NCBI GenBank assembly: GCA_038131525.1
Contig: JAYPPP010000002.1
Span: forward strand, 16,913-80,912
DNA length: 64,000 bases
Reading direction: 5' to 3'
From: Gammaproteobacteria bacterium
GTDB lineage: Bacteria; Pseudomonadota; Gammaproteobacteria; Arenicellales; UBA868
Below the pieces are notes generated by a model. That model made no database searches. It worked only from the letters and a program-made list of their open reading frames with translations, and was not told where the DNA came from. Positions 37,937 to 47,618 of this stretch are shown here, piece after piece. Numbering within the stretch: the stretch's first letter is position 1; each line of letters starts with the position of its first letter. Position numbers and translations under genes: made by a program.

Positions 37937-40009
37937 ATGACGCGCGACCCCCGATACGACATTCTTTTTGAACCGGTCCAGATCGGACCGGTGACAGCGC
38001 GCAACCGCTTTTATCAGGTGCCCCACTGTAACGGGATGGGACACCGTATGCCGAACAGCGTGGCCGCCATGCGGGGCATGAAGGCGGAAGGGGGCTGGGC
38101 TGTTGTCGCAACTGAAGAGTGTGATATCCATGCATCGAGCGATGTGATGCCCTATGCCGAGGCGCGCCTGTGGGATGACGCGGATAGCGATCGTCTGGCT
38201 CTGATGACAGATAAAGTGCATGCGCATGGGTCACTGGCGGCCATTGAGCTGGTGCACAGCGGCCACAATGCCGCGAACCGTCACTCGCGTCTTCCTGTTT
38301 TGGGCGTGTCGGATCTTCCGGTGAATAGTTTTGATCCTGTTCAGGCCTGTGCGATGACGCGACGCGACATCGCGGACGTCCGGCGTTGGCATCGGCAGGC
38401 GGCTATCCGAGCGCGCGATGCGGGTTTCGACATCGTCTACGTTTACGCCGGACACAACCTCTCGTTACCCATGCATTTCATCAGCCGCCGCGCCAATAAG
38501 CGCTCCGACGAGTACGGCGGTTCACTTGAGAATCGTGTGCGTCTTACCCGCGAACTCCTTGAAGACACAAAAGACGCGATCGGGGATCGATGCGCAGTGG
38601 CCATCCGCTTTGCGGTTGATGAATTGCTCGGCGATGCAGGAATCACCAGCGGTGGTGAGGGCCGTGAGGTGGTAGAGATGTTGGCAGAGCTGCCCGATCT
38701 GTGGGATGTCAACGTCAGCGATTGGGCCAATGACTCGGTGACCGCCCGGTTTGGTGAGGAAGGCGCTCAAGAACCCTACGTGGCCTTTGTAAAACAGGTG
38801 ACCAGTAAGCCGGTCGTGGGCGTCGGACGTTTTACCTCGGCGGATGCAATGGCCTCCCAGATAAAACGTGGGGTTCTGGATATGATCGGCGCGGCGCGGC
38901 CTTCGATTGCGGATCCCTTTTTGCCCAAGAAAATCGAAGAAGGGCGAATCGAAGATATTCGCGAGTGCATCGGCTGCAATATCTGTGTGAGTGGGGATTG
39001 GACACAGTCTCCGATCCGGTGCACCCAGAACCCGACGATGGGTGAGGAATGGCGCAGAGGCTGGCATCCCGAAATCATCAAGTCCCGCGGTTCGAGCAAG
39101 AAAGTACTGGTTGTGGGAGCAGGCCCCGCTGGTCTCGAGGCCGCGATGAGCCTCGGTCGTCGAGGATACGAGGTCGCGTTAGCCGATGAGAGTGATGGCG
39201 GCGGGCGTGCGGTGCGGGAGTCCACGCTGCCGGGCTTATCCAGTTACAAACGGGTGAGCGACTATCGGCTGGGTCAAATCCAGAAATTACCTAATGTGAG
39301 TTTTTTTCCGGGCAGTCGGATGGATGCAGACAGCATCCGAGAATTCGAGGCAGATCAGGTGCTGCTTGCGACCGGCGCCCGCTGGCGGGCCGACGGCCTT
39401 GGACGGTTCAGTGAATTCGGTATCGCGGGTGTTGATAGTCATCCCTGTCTGTTCACGCCGGACACCCTGATGGCAGGCGATCTTCCCCAGCAGGGTTCTG
39501 TGGTGGTCTACGACGATGATCATTACTACATGGGGGGCGTGATTGCAGGCTGGCTCGCGGATCTCGGGCTCGCCGTTACCTTGGTCACCCCGGGGCCTGA
39601 GGTATCCTGCTGGACGAAAAACACCATGGAGCAGCACCGGATTGAAAAAACGCTTCTGGAAAAAGAGGTCCGCTTGCTGGAAAAGCATACCCTGACAGAA
39701 GTCTCCTCAGAAAAACTATCGATCACGCATAACGCGACGGGCCATGTGACGGATCTGGAAGCGGGGTCGCTGGTGTTAGTGACGTTGCGTCAACCTACAA
39801 ATGATCTTTTCTTCGAGCTTGTCGGCGAGCAGGAAGAGCTCAGCGCGGAGTTGCCTTTTCGAATCGTGCGAGTAGGAGACTGTATGGCGCCGTCAACGAT
39901 AGCAGCGGCGGTATACGACGGACACCGCAACGCCCAAGAACTCGATAATCCTCCGCATCCCGATTCAGTGCCCTATAAGCGAGAGCGCCCTCTTATCGAT
40001 AGTGCTTGA
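37937..40009 (+). CDS. Trimethylamine/dimethylamine/histamine dehydrogenase-type flavoprotein (OYE barrel + Fe-S + ADP domain)
   Basis: NRFYQVPHCNG (FMN-linked Cys position), DIVYVYAGH, RECIGCNICVS...CTQNPTMGEE, VVGAGPAGLE. Confidence 0.88.
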   Translation: MTRDPRYDILFEPVQIGPVTARNRFYQVPHCNGMGHRMPNSVAAMRGMKAEGGWAVVATEECDIHASSDVMPYAEARLWDDADSDRLALMTDKVHAHGSLAAIELVHSGHNAANRHSRLPVLGVSDLPVNSFDPVQACAMTRRDIADVRRWHRQAAIRARDAGFDIVYVYAGHNLSLPMHFISRRANKRSDEYGGSLENRVRLTRELLEDTKDAIGDRCAVAIRFAVDELLGDAGITSGGEGREVVEMLAELPDLWDVNVSDWANDSVTARFGEEGAQEPYVAFVKQVTSKPVVGVGRFTSADAMASQIKRGVLDMIGAARPSIADPFLPKKIEEGRIEDIRECIGCNICVSGDWTQSPIRCTQNPTMGEEWRRGWHPEIIKSRGSSKKVLVVGAGPAGLEAAMSLGRRGYEVALADESDGGGRAVRESTLPGLSSYKRVSDYRLGQIQKLPNVSFFPGSRMDADSIREFEADQVLLATGARWRADGLGRFSEFGIAGVDSHPCLFTPDTLMAGDLPQQGSVVVYDDDHYYMGGVIAGWLADLGLAVTLVTPGPEVSCWTKNTMEQHRIEKTLLEKEVRLLEKHTLTEVSSEKLSITHNATGHVTDLEAGSLVLVTLRQPTNDLFFELVGEQEELSAELPFRIVRVGDCMAPSTIAAAVYDGHRNAQELDNPPHPDSVPYKRERPLIDSA

Positions 40010-40017
40010 TTAAAGGC

Positions 40018-43000
40018 TTAGATCATCCCGTTGAGTTGATCTTCCTCGTCTAAGCCTGTATCCCGATCAGCCGGGCTTCCATAGCCTCCTCCGCCTGGCA
40101 GTTCCATCAGAAGCCGTTCTCCCGCCGGAATAATCTGCTTGCCTTTACTGTTAAGTTTTTTCCCGCTCGCCAGCTGTACGATGCCTGATGCGCCGTTCTG
40201 TCCGCCGTTTCTGCCGCGCGCGGCGTAGTCGACGCGATCGAAAAGCGCAAAGATCGCGAAGGGTGCTCCCTCGGCGTGAGACACCTCAATCGTCTGTCCA
40301 TGTCCGCCGCGATAGCGGCCCGCCCCGCCAGAGGCGGGCCGGAATTCCTTTCGATGGAAAATGATGGGCGCTATGGATTCGGTGATTTCTACCGGCGTAT
40401 TGCGCACGCCGGACGGAAATGCGGTAGCGGAAAGACCGTCGCGCCAGGGTCGAGCCCCGGTACCACCGGAATGGAAAATAGTGACAGAGAAAGGCGTAGC
40501 ATCGCCATAGTCGGCGCCATCCAGCAGGCCGGGCCCGCCCGTCATCATGGGGTTCCAAAGGCTGGAACTGCCCTCGGCCGGGGCGCGCCCGGGTATCGCC
40601 TGGTCTATGCAGCCGAGGACGACGTCGGGCAGCATCTGGCCAATGACGTGGCGGACGGCAACCGCATGAGGTCGAGGCGCATTCAGGATGCATCCCGCCG
40701 GGGCGCTGATACGGATAGGTTCGAGAGAGCCGGCGTTATTCGGTACTGCTGATCCGATCACGCAGCGTACCCCAAAAGACGCGTAGGCTTGGGTGTAGCT
40801 CAGCGGGACGTTGATCCCAAATGGGGAGACGTCGGACGTTCCTGAAAAATCGACATCGATTCCGGCATTACTAATTTCGAGCCGAGCCTTTAATACGACT
40901 GCAGACCCATATCCATCCACCGTCATTTCGTTGTGCCACACGCCGTGCGGCAGCTGGGCGATTTCATCAAGGACTACCGCCCTCGAGCGGGAGATGATGT
41001 GCTCCCCGATAGCATTCAAATCGCCAAGATCAAACTCTTTCATCATCTCAATAAGGCGTGAGCAGCCGACGGCATTTCCGACCGTAAGAGAATAAAGATC
41101 GCCAATGACCTGATCGGGCTCCCGGACGTTCGCCCGCACAATCGACATCACTGTCTGAGAGGCTTTGCCTTCCTCAAAAAGGGGCAGAATAGGAATGCAC
41201 AGGCCCTCTTCGTAGATCTGTCCGGCATCCGGGCCAAAGCCACGACCACCAATATCCACGACATGCACGGTCGAGGCCAAGAGACCGACGATCCGATCGT
41301 TGATAAATGCGGGAGTGACCACGGTGAAATCAAAAAGATGTCCCGTGCCTTTCCAAGGGTCGTTGGTGACATACACGTCGCCCGGCCGCATTTGCTCCAG
41401 GGCAATTTCCTCAAGGAAAAAGCCGACGGATGTCGCCATCGCGTTAACATGCCCCGGGGTTCCCGTCACCGCTTGCGCGAGCATTTTGCCATTGAGGTCG
41501 AAGATTCCTGCCGAGAGATCGCCCGCCTCTCGAACCGTCGTCGAGAACGCGGTGCGGATCAATGCCTGCGCCTGCTCCTCGACAATGCTGATGAGTCGAT
41601 CCCAAATAACTTGCTTGCGAATCGGCGTGAGCTCTTTCCCCGGGGCATCCGAATCTTTTTGCTCCATTGACAGCGACTGAGCGATCAAATCACCGAAACG
41701 GTTTGGGTGAACGGACCACCCTTTGGGCAGCAGTAGAGTAGTCTGATCTTCGGTGACAATGATGGGACCTTCGTGTGCGGACTTGTCCGTGACTTGGTCG
41801 CGGGGCACGACGCGACAGTCGATGTCATGATCGGCGCCCGGCATGCGCACCTTTTCCCGAAGACCGATTCCCGCGGCAGTTTCATTGGTCCCCAGAGATG
41901 TCGACCGAACATCTTCATCGGCCGGCGCGGCAGCCGTGAGTGACCATGTCAGGATTTCGAGGGAGACGCCCGGAATCTCGCGACCGTACTGCAGCGTGTA
42001 GGCGTCCGTAAATGCCCTCTGGATTACTGCTCGATCATCCTCAGTTAACGCCCGATCGGGCAAGGCCACCTTAATCTCGTGACCCTGTCCGGCATATCGG
42101 ATATAGGCATGTCGGTAGAGTGTGATCGTTTCGTTTTTCGCTCCAAGGCGAACAGTCGCAACGGCTTCGCTTTCCATTTCGGCAAACAACTGATTGATGC
42201 CATGGATGTCCAGCGTGTCCAGGGTCGCGAATCGACTGCGAACCACCTCAAAAGCGACAGGCGCGAGAAGAAACCCAACAGCCGATCCGACGCCCGCATC
42301 TCTGGGCACAACGACTTTTCCCACCCCGAGTTTGCGGGCAACCGCTATCGCGTGTAGGGGAGCGCCTCCGCCGAAGGCGATCATTGTTCGCGCCTTTACA
42401 TCGATGCCTTTTTCCACGGCATGGACCCGGGCAGCGCTGGCCATGTTCTCATCAACGATCTCGATAATGGCCTGCGCAGATTCGGCAGGATCGGTGCCTA
42501 ACGTACTTCCCACAGCATCAGCGATGGCCTTCTCTGCCGCGCTCAGGTCCAAGGCCATCGTGCCGCTGGCAAAGTTGTTCGGATCCAATCGGTTCAAGGT
42601 CAGATTGGCATCCGTGACAGCAGCTCCAACGCCGCCTCGACCGTAACAGGCTGGACCCGGTTCAGATCCGGCGCTCTCTGGCCCCACCTGAATCCGCCCG
42701 ACCCTGTCCACGCTGGCAAGAGATCCCCCTCCTGCACCAATTTCCACCATATCGACTACTGGGATCTTGATGGGCATGCCGCTGCCTTTCATGAAGCGAT
42801 GGGCGCGATCGACCTCGAAGGTTCGGGACAGCGGGAGTTCATAGTCATCAATCAGGCAGATTTTTGCTGTCGTGCCGCCCATGTCGAAGGAGAGGACAGA
42901 AGGCTCGTTCAGCGCCTTGGCAATGTGTGCGGCGAGGATAGCGCCCCCAGCTGGTCCGGATTCGACTAGGCGCACCGGGAATTGAATCGCCGTATCGATC

Positions 43001-43740
43001 GTAATTTGATGGCCCCCTGAGGTCATGAGCAGGCAGGCACAACTAAAGCCCGCATCTGCGAGACGCTCCTGCACGTTTTTCAGATAGCCCGCAATCAGCG
43101 GCTGTACGTAGGCATTCGCGCTGGTCGTACTTTGTCTCTCGTATTCACGAATTTCAGGACAGACGTCGCTTGATAGCGAAATAGAAACATAAGGAAGCCG
43201 TGTGCTCAGTATGTCTCGAATCCGTGCCTCATGGGTGGGATTCGCATAGGCGTGCAGCAAGCCAACGGCGATGCTCTCCACGCCTTGTGCTTCAACGCGG
43301 TCGGCAAGAGCCTCAACGGCCGTTTCATCCAACGGGGACAGCACCCGCCCCCGAAAGTCGATGCGTTCGGAAACTGGCCAGCGTAGGGAGCGAGGCACCA
43401 GAGACGGCTTCCGGTCGGCGTCAAAGTTGTATTGATCAAAGCGGTTCTCGTATCCGATCTCGAGGGAGTCGCGATGCCCCTCTGTCACGATCAAAGCAGT
43501 TTTTGCTCCGCGTCGCTCAATCAATGCATTGGTCGCCAGCGTGGTGCCATGCGTGATGAGGGAGACCGCTCCGGGTTCAATGCCTGCTTTCTGAAGGAGT
43601 TCGTTGACGCCCTGCATGAATCCCTCAGCGGGATTGCTGGCAGTGGTAAGCACCTTGGCGGTGTACCGGGTGGTGCCTAGCTGAAGGACCGCGTCGGTAA
43701 ACGTGCCTCCAATATCAATTGCAATCCGTGCTGCCGACAT
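40018..43740 (-). CDS. Fused hydantoinase A/B (5-oxoprolinase-like) protein
   Basis: DIGGTFTD, HGTTLATNALIER, ESGPAGG, DMGGTTAK; B half NDPWKGTGHLFD, PGGGGYG. Confidence 0.93.
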   Translation of the reverse strand: MSAARIAIDIGGTFTDAVLQLGTTRYTAKVLTTASNPAEGFMQGVNELLQKAGIEPGAVSLITHGTTLATNALIERRGAKTALIVTEGHRDSLEIGYENRFDQYNFDADRKPSLVPRSLRWPVSERIDFRGRVLSPLDETAVEALADRVEAQGVESIAVGLLHAYANPTHEARIRDILSTRLPYVSISLSSDVCPEIREYERQSTTSANAYVQPLIAGYLKNVQERLADAGFSCACLLMTSGGHQITIDTAIQFPVRLVESGPAGGAILAAHIAKALNEPSVLSFDMGGTTAKICLIDDYELPLSRTFEVDRAHRFMKGSGMPIKIPVVDMVEIGAGGGSLASVDRVGRIQVGPESAGSEPGPACYGRGGVGAAVTDANLTLNRLDPNNFASGTMALDLSAAEKAIADAVGSTLGTDPAESAQAIIEIVDENMASAARVHAVEKGIDVKARTMIAFGGGAPLHAIAVARKLGVGKVVVPRDAGVGSAVGFLLAPVAFEVVRSRFATLDTLDIHGINQLFAEMESEAVATVRLGAKNETITLYRHAYIRYAGQGHEIKVALPDRALTEDDRAVIQRAFTDAYTLQYGREIPGVSLEILTWSLTAAAPADEDVRSTSLGTNETAAGIGLREKVRMPGADHDIDCRVVPRDQVTDKSAHEGPIIVTEDQTTLLLPKGWSVHPNRFGDLIAQSLSMEQKDSDAPGKELTPIRKQVIWDRLISIVEEQAQALIRTAFSTTVREAGDLSAGIFDLNGKMLAQAVTGTPGHVNAMATSVGFFLEEIALEQMRPGDVYVTNDPWKGTGHLFDFTVVTPAFINDRIVGLLASTVHVVDIGGRGFGPDAGQIYEEGLCIPILPLFEEGKASQTVMSIVRANVREPDQVIGDLYSLTVGNAVGCSRLIEMMKEFDLGDLNAIGEHIISRSRAVVLDEIAQLPHGVWHNEMTVDGYGSAVVLKARLEISNAGIDVDFSGTSDVSPFGINVPLSYTQAYASFGVRCVIGSAVPNNAGSLEPIRISAPAGCILNAPRPHAVAVRHVIGQMLPDVVLGCIDQAIPGRAPAEGSSSLWNPMMTGGPGLLDGADYGDATPFSVTIFHSGGTGARPWRDGLSATAFPSGVRNTPVEITESIAPIIFHRKEFRPASGGAGRYRGGHGQTIEVSHAEGAPFAIFALFDRVDYAARGRNGGQNGASGIVQLASGKKLNSKGKQIIPAGERLLMELPGGGGYGSPADRDTGLDEEDQLNGMI

Positions 43741-43761
43741 GGCGCGGTCCTGTTATTGCGG

Positions 43762-44406
43762 TCAGGAGATGTCGAGATAGGACGGCAAACGAATTCCTTT
43801 CCTGAGCTTCGGATCAGGTTCTGGAGAACTGCTGATCAACTTGAGCGGGATGACGCCGGCCCAAGCGTTGCTCTCATAGTCGGCCTTCTCATCGGACGGC
43901 GGCCCTTCGCTGATCTTCGCAGATGCCTCGTCGAGGCCGAACCGCAGCACGGTCGTCGCCGCGAGCTCTTTGGGTTTGGACGGACGAATATCCTGTGTAC
44001 GACCGGGGATCAGATGCTCAGTGAATGCATCCAGGGCAATTGTTTTTTTCTCCCCCACCACTTTTTCTGCCTTGCCCAGGATGACCACGGATCGATAATT
44101 CATAGAGGAGTTAAATGCTGAGCGTGCGACGACAATTCCGTCAAGCAGCGTGACTGTGATGCAGGCCGGTTGACCTTGGGCAAGGCATTTAAGCATTCGA
44201 CTCGCACGGTTACCATGAATGTAGACGTGATCGCCGATTCGAGCGATAGCCGTGGGGATCACGTAGGGCTGTTCGTTATCAACGAATCCGACGTGGCAGA
44301 CTTTCGCTTCGTCCAGAATGGCATAGATAATAGTAGGGTCGTAATTCCCCAGAGACGCCAGCCGCTTAACGCGCGTTCGCTCAGACGAATTGAGCGGGGT
44401 AGTCAT
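43762..44406 (-). CDS. Pyridoxamine 5'-phosphate oxidase / NimA-like flavin-binding protein
   Basis: CHVGF...PYVIPT...YIHG, ARSAFNSSMNYRSVVILG, WAGVIP. Confidence 0.88.
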   Translation of the reverse strand: MTTPLNSSERTRVKRLASLGNYDPTIIYAILDEAKVCHVGFVDNEQPYVIPTAIARIGDHVYIHGNRASRMLKCLAQGQPACITVTLLDGIVVARSAFNSSMNYRSVVILGKAEKVVGEKKTIALDAFTEHLIPGRTQDIRPSKPKELAATTVLRFGLDEASAKISEGPPSDEKADYESNAWAGVIPLKLISSSPEPDPKLRKGIRLPSYLDIS

Positions 44407-44422
44407 TGGCTCAAGAACTCAC

Positions 44423-45193
44423 TTAAAAGTGGTCTTTCAGTTCGCGGGTGCGGGCAAAGACCTCGACGGCATTCTTGCCAACGCAATCAATCGTCTGCTG
44501 AAGATGCGTGCTGGTTGGCCGCAGGAAGGGATTCGTCTTTTTCTCAAGCGACAGTGAGGTAGGCACGGTGGGTATCCCCTCGGCGCGGGCCCGATCAATC
44601 GCCTCGGCACGCGCGAGTAGATCCTTATTTTCCGGCTCTACGGAAAGGGCAAAACGTGCGTTAGCCTGCGTGTACTCATGAGCACAATAAATGAGCGTGT
44701 CGTCAGGCCAGGCGAGAATTTTTTCGAGCGATGTCCACATTTGCTGAGGCGTTCCCTCGAACAGCCGGCCACAACCGAGTGCAAACAGCGTATCGCCCAC
44801 AAAGCCTACGCCCGCCCGGGCGCAGTGGTAGACGATGTGGCCTCGCGTATGCCCGGGTGTGTCGTGGACTTTGAATTCCCAGTCGCCGAGCATTACTGAA
44901 TCGCCTTCTCCGACGCGCTCATCGATGCCGGGAATGCGTTCGGCATCTGCGCCGGGGCCAATGATCTTGCACCCTGTCTTCTCTTTAATTTCAAGATTAC
45001 CGCCCGCATGGTCGTCATGGTGATGGGTATTAAAAATGAAATCGAGCGACCAGTTTTTTTCACCTAGGGCATTGAAAATGGCTTCGACTTCGGGCGTATC
45101 GATCGTGGCCGTCAGGCCGCTCTCGGGATCATGAACGAGGTAGCCGTAGTTATCGTCAAGGCAGGGAAACTGGTGAACTTGAAGAGTGGTCAT
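44423..45193 (-). CDS. gloB: Hydroxyacylglutathione hydrolase (glyoxalase II)
   Basis: DNYGYL, THHHDDHAGG, TPGHTRGH, GDTLFALGCGRLFEG, CAHEYT, EKKTNPFLR. Confidence 0.95.
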   Translation of the reverse strand: MTTLQVHQFPCLDDNYGYLVHDPESGLTATIDTPEVEAIFNALGEKNWSLDFIFNTHHHDDHAGGNLEIKEKTGCKIIGPGADAERIPGIDERVGEGDSVMLGDWEFKVHDTPGHTRGHIVYHCARAGVGFVGDTLFALGCGRLFEGTPQQMWTSLEKILAWPDDTLIYCAHEYTQANARFALSVEPENKDLLARAEAIDRARAEGIPTVPTSLSLEKKTNPFLRPTSTHLQQTIDCVGKNAVEVFARTRELKDHF

Positions 45194-45220
45194 TGGACAA
45201 TCCTAAAAAAGTAATGGGGT

Positions 45221-45538
45221 CTAGCGGTGACCGCTGATCTCGGCGTGCAGAGGTTTGGTCTCTTCGTACTTCGCTTTTTGCTCAGGTGACGCTTCTTGCT
45301 GGTGGGCAGATTTCCAATCGTCGTAGGTCATCCCGTATATCGCTGTGCGGGCCTCGTCATAATCCATCTCCATGCCCTGGTCCTGAGCCGCGGCAAGATA
45401 CCATTTGGAAAGACAGTTTCGGCAAAAGCCTGCGAGATTCATAAGGTCGATATTCTGCACATCCGTGCGTTTTTGCAGGTGGGCCACAAGGCCGCGAAAC
45501 GCGGCAGCCTCAAGACGAATCTTTAAGTCCTCGTTCAT
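45221..45538 (-). CDS. DUF1244 family protein
   Basis: LEAAAFRGLVAHLQKRTDVQNIDLMNLAGFCRNCLSKWY...IYGM.Y..WK. Confidence 0.9.
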   Translation of the reverse strand: MNEDLKIRLEAAAFRGLVAHLQKRTDVQNIDLMNLAGFCRNCLSKWYLAAAQDQGMEMDYDEARTAIYGMTYDDWKSAHQQEASPEQKAKYEETKPLHAEISGHR

Positions 45539-45744
45539 TCGTGCTCCAAGATAATAATTCAGTGTGTCTAGGGGTGAGAGCCGAGAGGCGATGATAACAG
45601 CGTCAAATTGATATCGAGAAGACAGCCGTACTCGCCGCCGAGCCGCTCGAATCACCTGGCACGCAAAAAGGCTTTTTGATCGCGGTTAAAATCAAGAAAG
45701 ATGAAAGACCTATCGCTGGCATTGTTTGCTCAGAGAAACAAGTC

Positions 45745-46446
45745 ATGACCTCATTAAAGAAGGTGGTGCTAGATAGTGATACCCGGCATGGCAGGGCCTT
45801 TGACATAGTCATTCAGGTGCTGATCGTCGTCTCGGCGATTGGTTTTGCTGTTGAGACATTGCCGGATCTTTCGCCGCGAGCTCTGTTGATCCTCCAGGTA
45901 ACCGAAGCGGTGATCCTGATTCTGTTCACGATCGAATACCTGCTTCGCCTTTACGTCAGTGAGAAAAAGTTCGGTTTTATTTTCAGCTTTTATGGAGTGA
46001 TCGATCTCCTTGCGATTCTCCCTTTTTATCTTGGCCTCACGCTCGATCTTCGTTCTTTGCGCCTGCTCCGTCTTGCGCGTCTTGCAGTCATGTTTAAGCT
46101 CTTCCGCTATAACAAGGCGGCTAATCGGTTAAAGCGCGCATTTGGCGAGGTAAAGCAAGAGGTCATGGTGTTCGGCTTTTTCTCGCTGGCGCTGATTTAT
46201 TTGAGCGCCGTGGCGATTTACTATTTTGAGCATGAAGCGCAGCCTGAAGTATTTGTTTCAGTGTTTGATGGGATCTGGTGGGCGGTCGTCACGCTGACCA
46301 CGGTAGGATATGGTGACATCGTACCGATCACATTAGGTGGAAAAATCTTTACCTTCTTCGTGCTGATGATTGGTCTTGGAATGATTGCGATTCCCTCAGG
46401 GCTTGTTGCCTCGGCTTTGGGTCGCGTTAGAGAGTCTGAAAAATGA
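45745..46446 (+). CDS. Voltage-gated-type potassium channel / ion transporter
   Basis: S4-like LRSLRLLRLARL; pore signature WWAVVTLTTVGYGD. Confidence 0.92.
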   Translation: MTSLKKVVLDSDTRHGRAFDIVIQVLIVVSAIGFAVETLPDLSPRALLILQVTEAVILILFTIEYLLRLYVSEKKFGFIFSFYGVIDLLAILPFYLGLTLDLRSLRLLRLARLAVMFKLFRYNKAANRLKRAFGEVKQEVMVFGFFSLALIYLSAVAIYYFEHEAQPEVFVSVFDGIWWAVVTLTTVGYGDIVPITLGGKIFTFFVLMIGLGMIAIPSGLVASALGRVRESEK

Positions 46447-47435
46447 GATATTTGAAAACAGCGCTTGGATTGATATGCATTTCTGTTTTGGCCGGCTGTG
46501 CGAGTTCCTCAAGCAGTGGTGTGGACCTAACCGTTTCTCGTGGTGACGCTACAGGTCGTTTTGCGGGTACGTACAACGGAACGATCTCACTGACTTCCAC
46601 GGCTGACGTGGTTGGACAGGGTTGCGGTCGATAATCGGGTCGAGCGTTTCTCTCGAGTCACCGCCGATGGTTTGGTTTTTCTTACGGTTGAGGGGGTCAC
46701 GATATCAGGAGTCGTGGACAATTTTGGAAATTGGGGTGTGCAAGCCTCGGTTGACGACCTTAAAGGCTTAGTGAGCGAAAAAAATATATCGCTTTTGCAA
46801 GACGCGGGCTGCTCTCTCGGAACCAAGGCCGCTCGGATACAAGGGCAAATTAATCCGCCGTCGATGCGCGGGAACGTCAGCGGCAATTTAAAGTGTAAGC
46901 GTGCCGAAGTTACCGTAGCGACACTAAACACCGCCGGTACTCTCTCCCGTCATCCCTCATCCACCACCGCCACCGGCGACCTGCAGGGCGGATCGAATGC
47001 GGCCCCGACGACTCCGGGATCAAAACGATTCAAACTGGAGATGCAGCGAGACCATAAGTCCTGTAATGACTGTGGCTTCCCTTTTTGATTCAGCGGAACT
47101 GGTGGTAGAACATTCTGCAGGCACCCTTCGAAAGACTAAGAAGGGCCCGTTCTGGGTTCGAAAGATTATGACCTTCATGGACGGTTTTGATTGGGACATC
47201 AGCGCTCCCCTCCGATGCCACAATTTCAAAAAGCTACCCTATATATGCTTTTCCACGCGCAGAAAAATTGCGAACGGGGACTATTCAAGCGTTGTGAAAT
47301 CGTATGGCTGGATCAACCAGAAAAAGACACTGATAAAACGGAGTCGGCTAAGGATATAAAAGCCAGGGGCTGCAACAAGATAAACGAAACTGTCCGTTTG
47401 ATTACACCGATTATGCGAGAAAGATCCATAACTGA
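46443..47435 (+). CDS. Lipoprotein of unknown function, tandem copy 1 (frameshifted)
   Basis: Lipobox VLAG-C; beta-rich N-domain; S/T/P linker; C-domain with CNDC. Confidence 0.75.
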
Positions 47436-47618
47436 TTCGTAATACATCTGGATTTCGTCGCAAACGCTCTGCGCTCGAATAACTTTCTCGGGCGTTGCTG
47501 CCCTGAGTTAGCCACGTCGCAATGCGCCGTGCCGAGATAGTTACACCGTAGGAGTGTTTGATGCGATTCCCTCCGGACTTGTTGCCTCGGCTTTGGGTCG
47601 CGTTAGAGAGACTGAAAA

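Noticed and set aside
47426-47513. Integron attC site (CCATAAC...GTTAGCC)
   Set aside because: R boxes are not complementary, no convincing L boxes, no equivalent site after copy 2, and no integrase.
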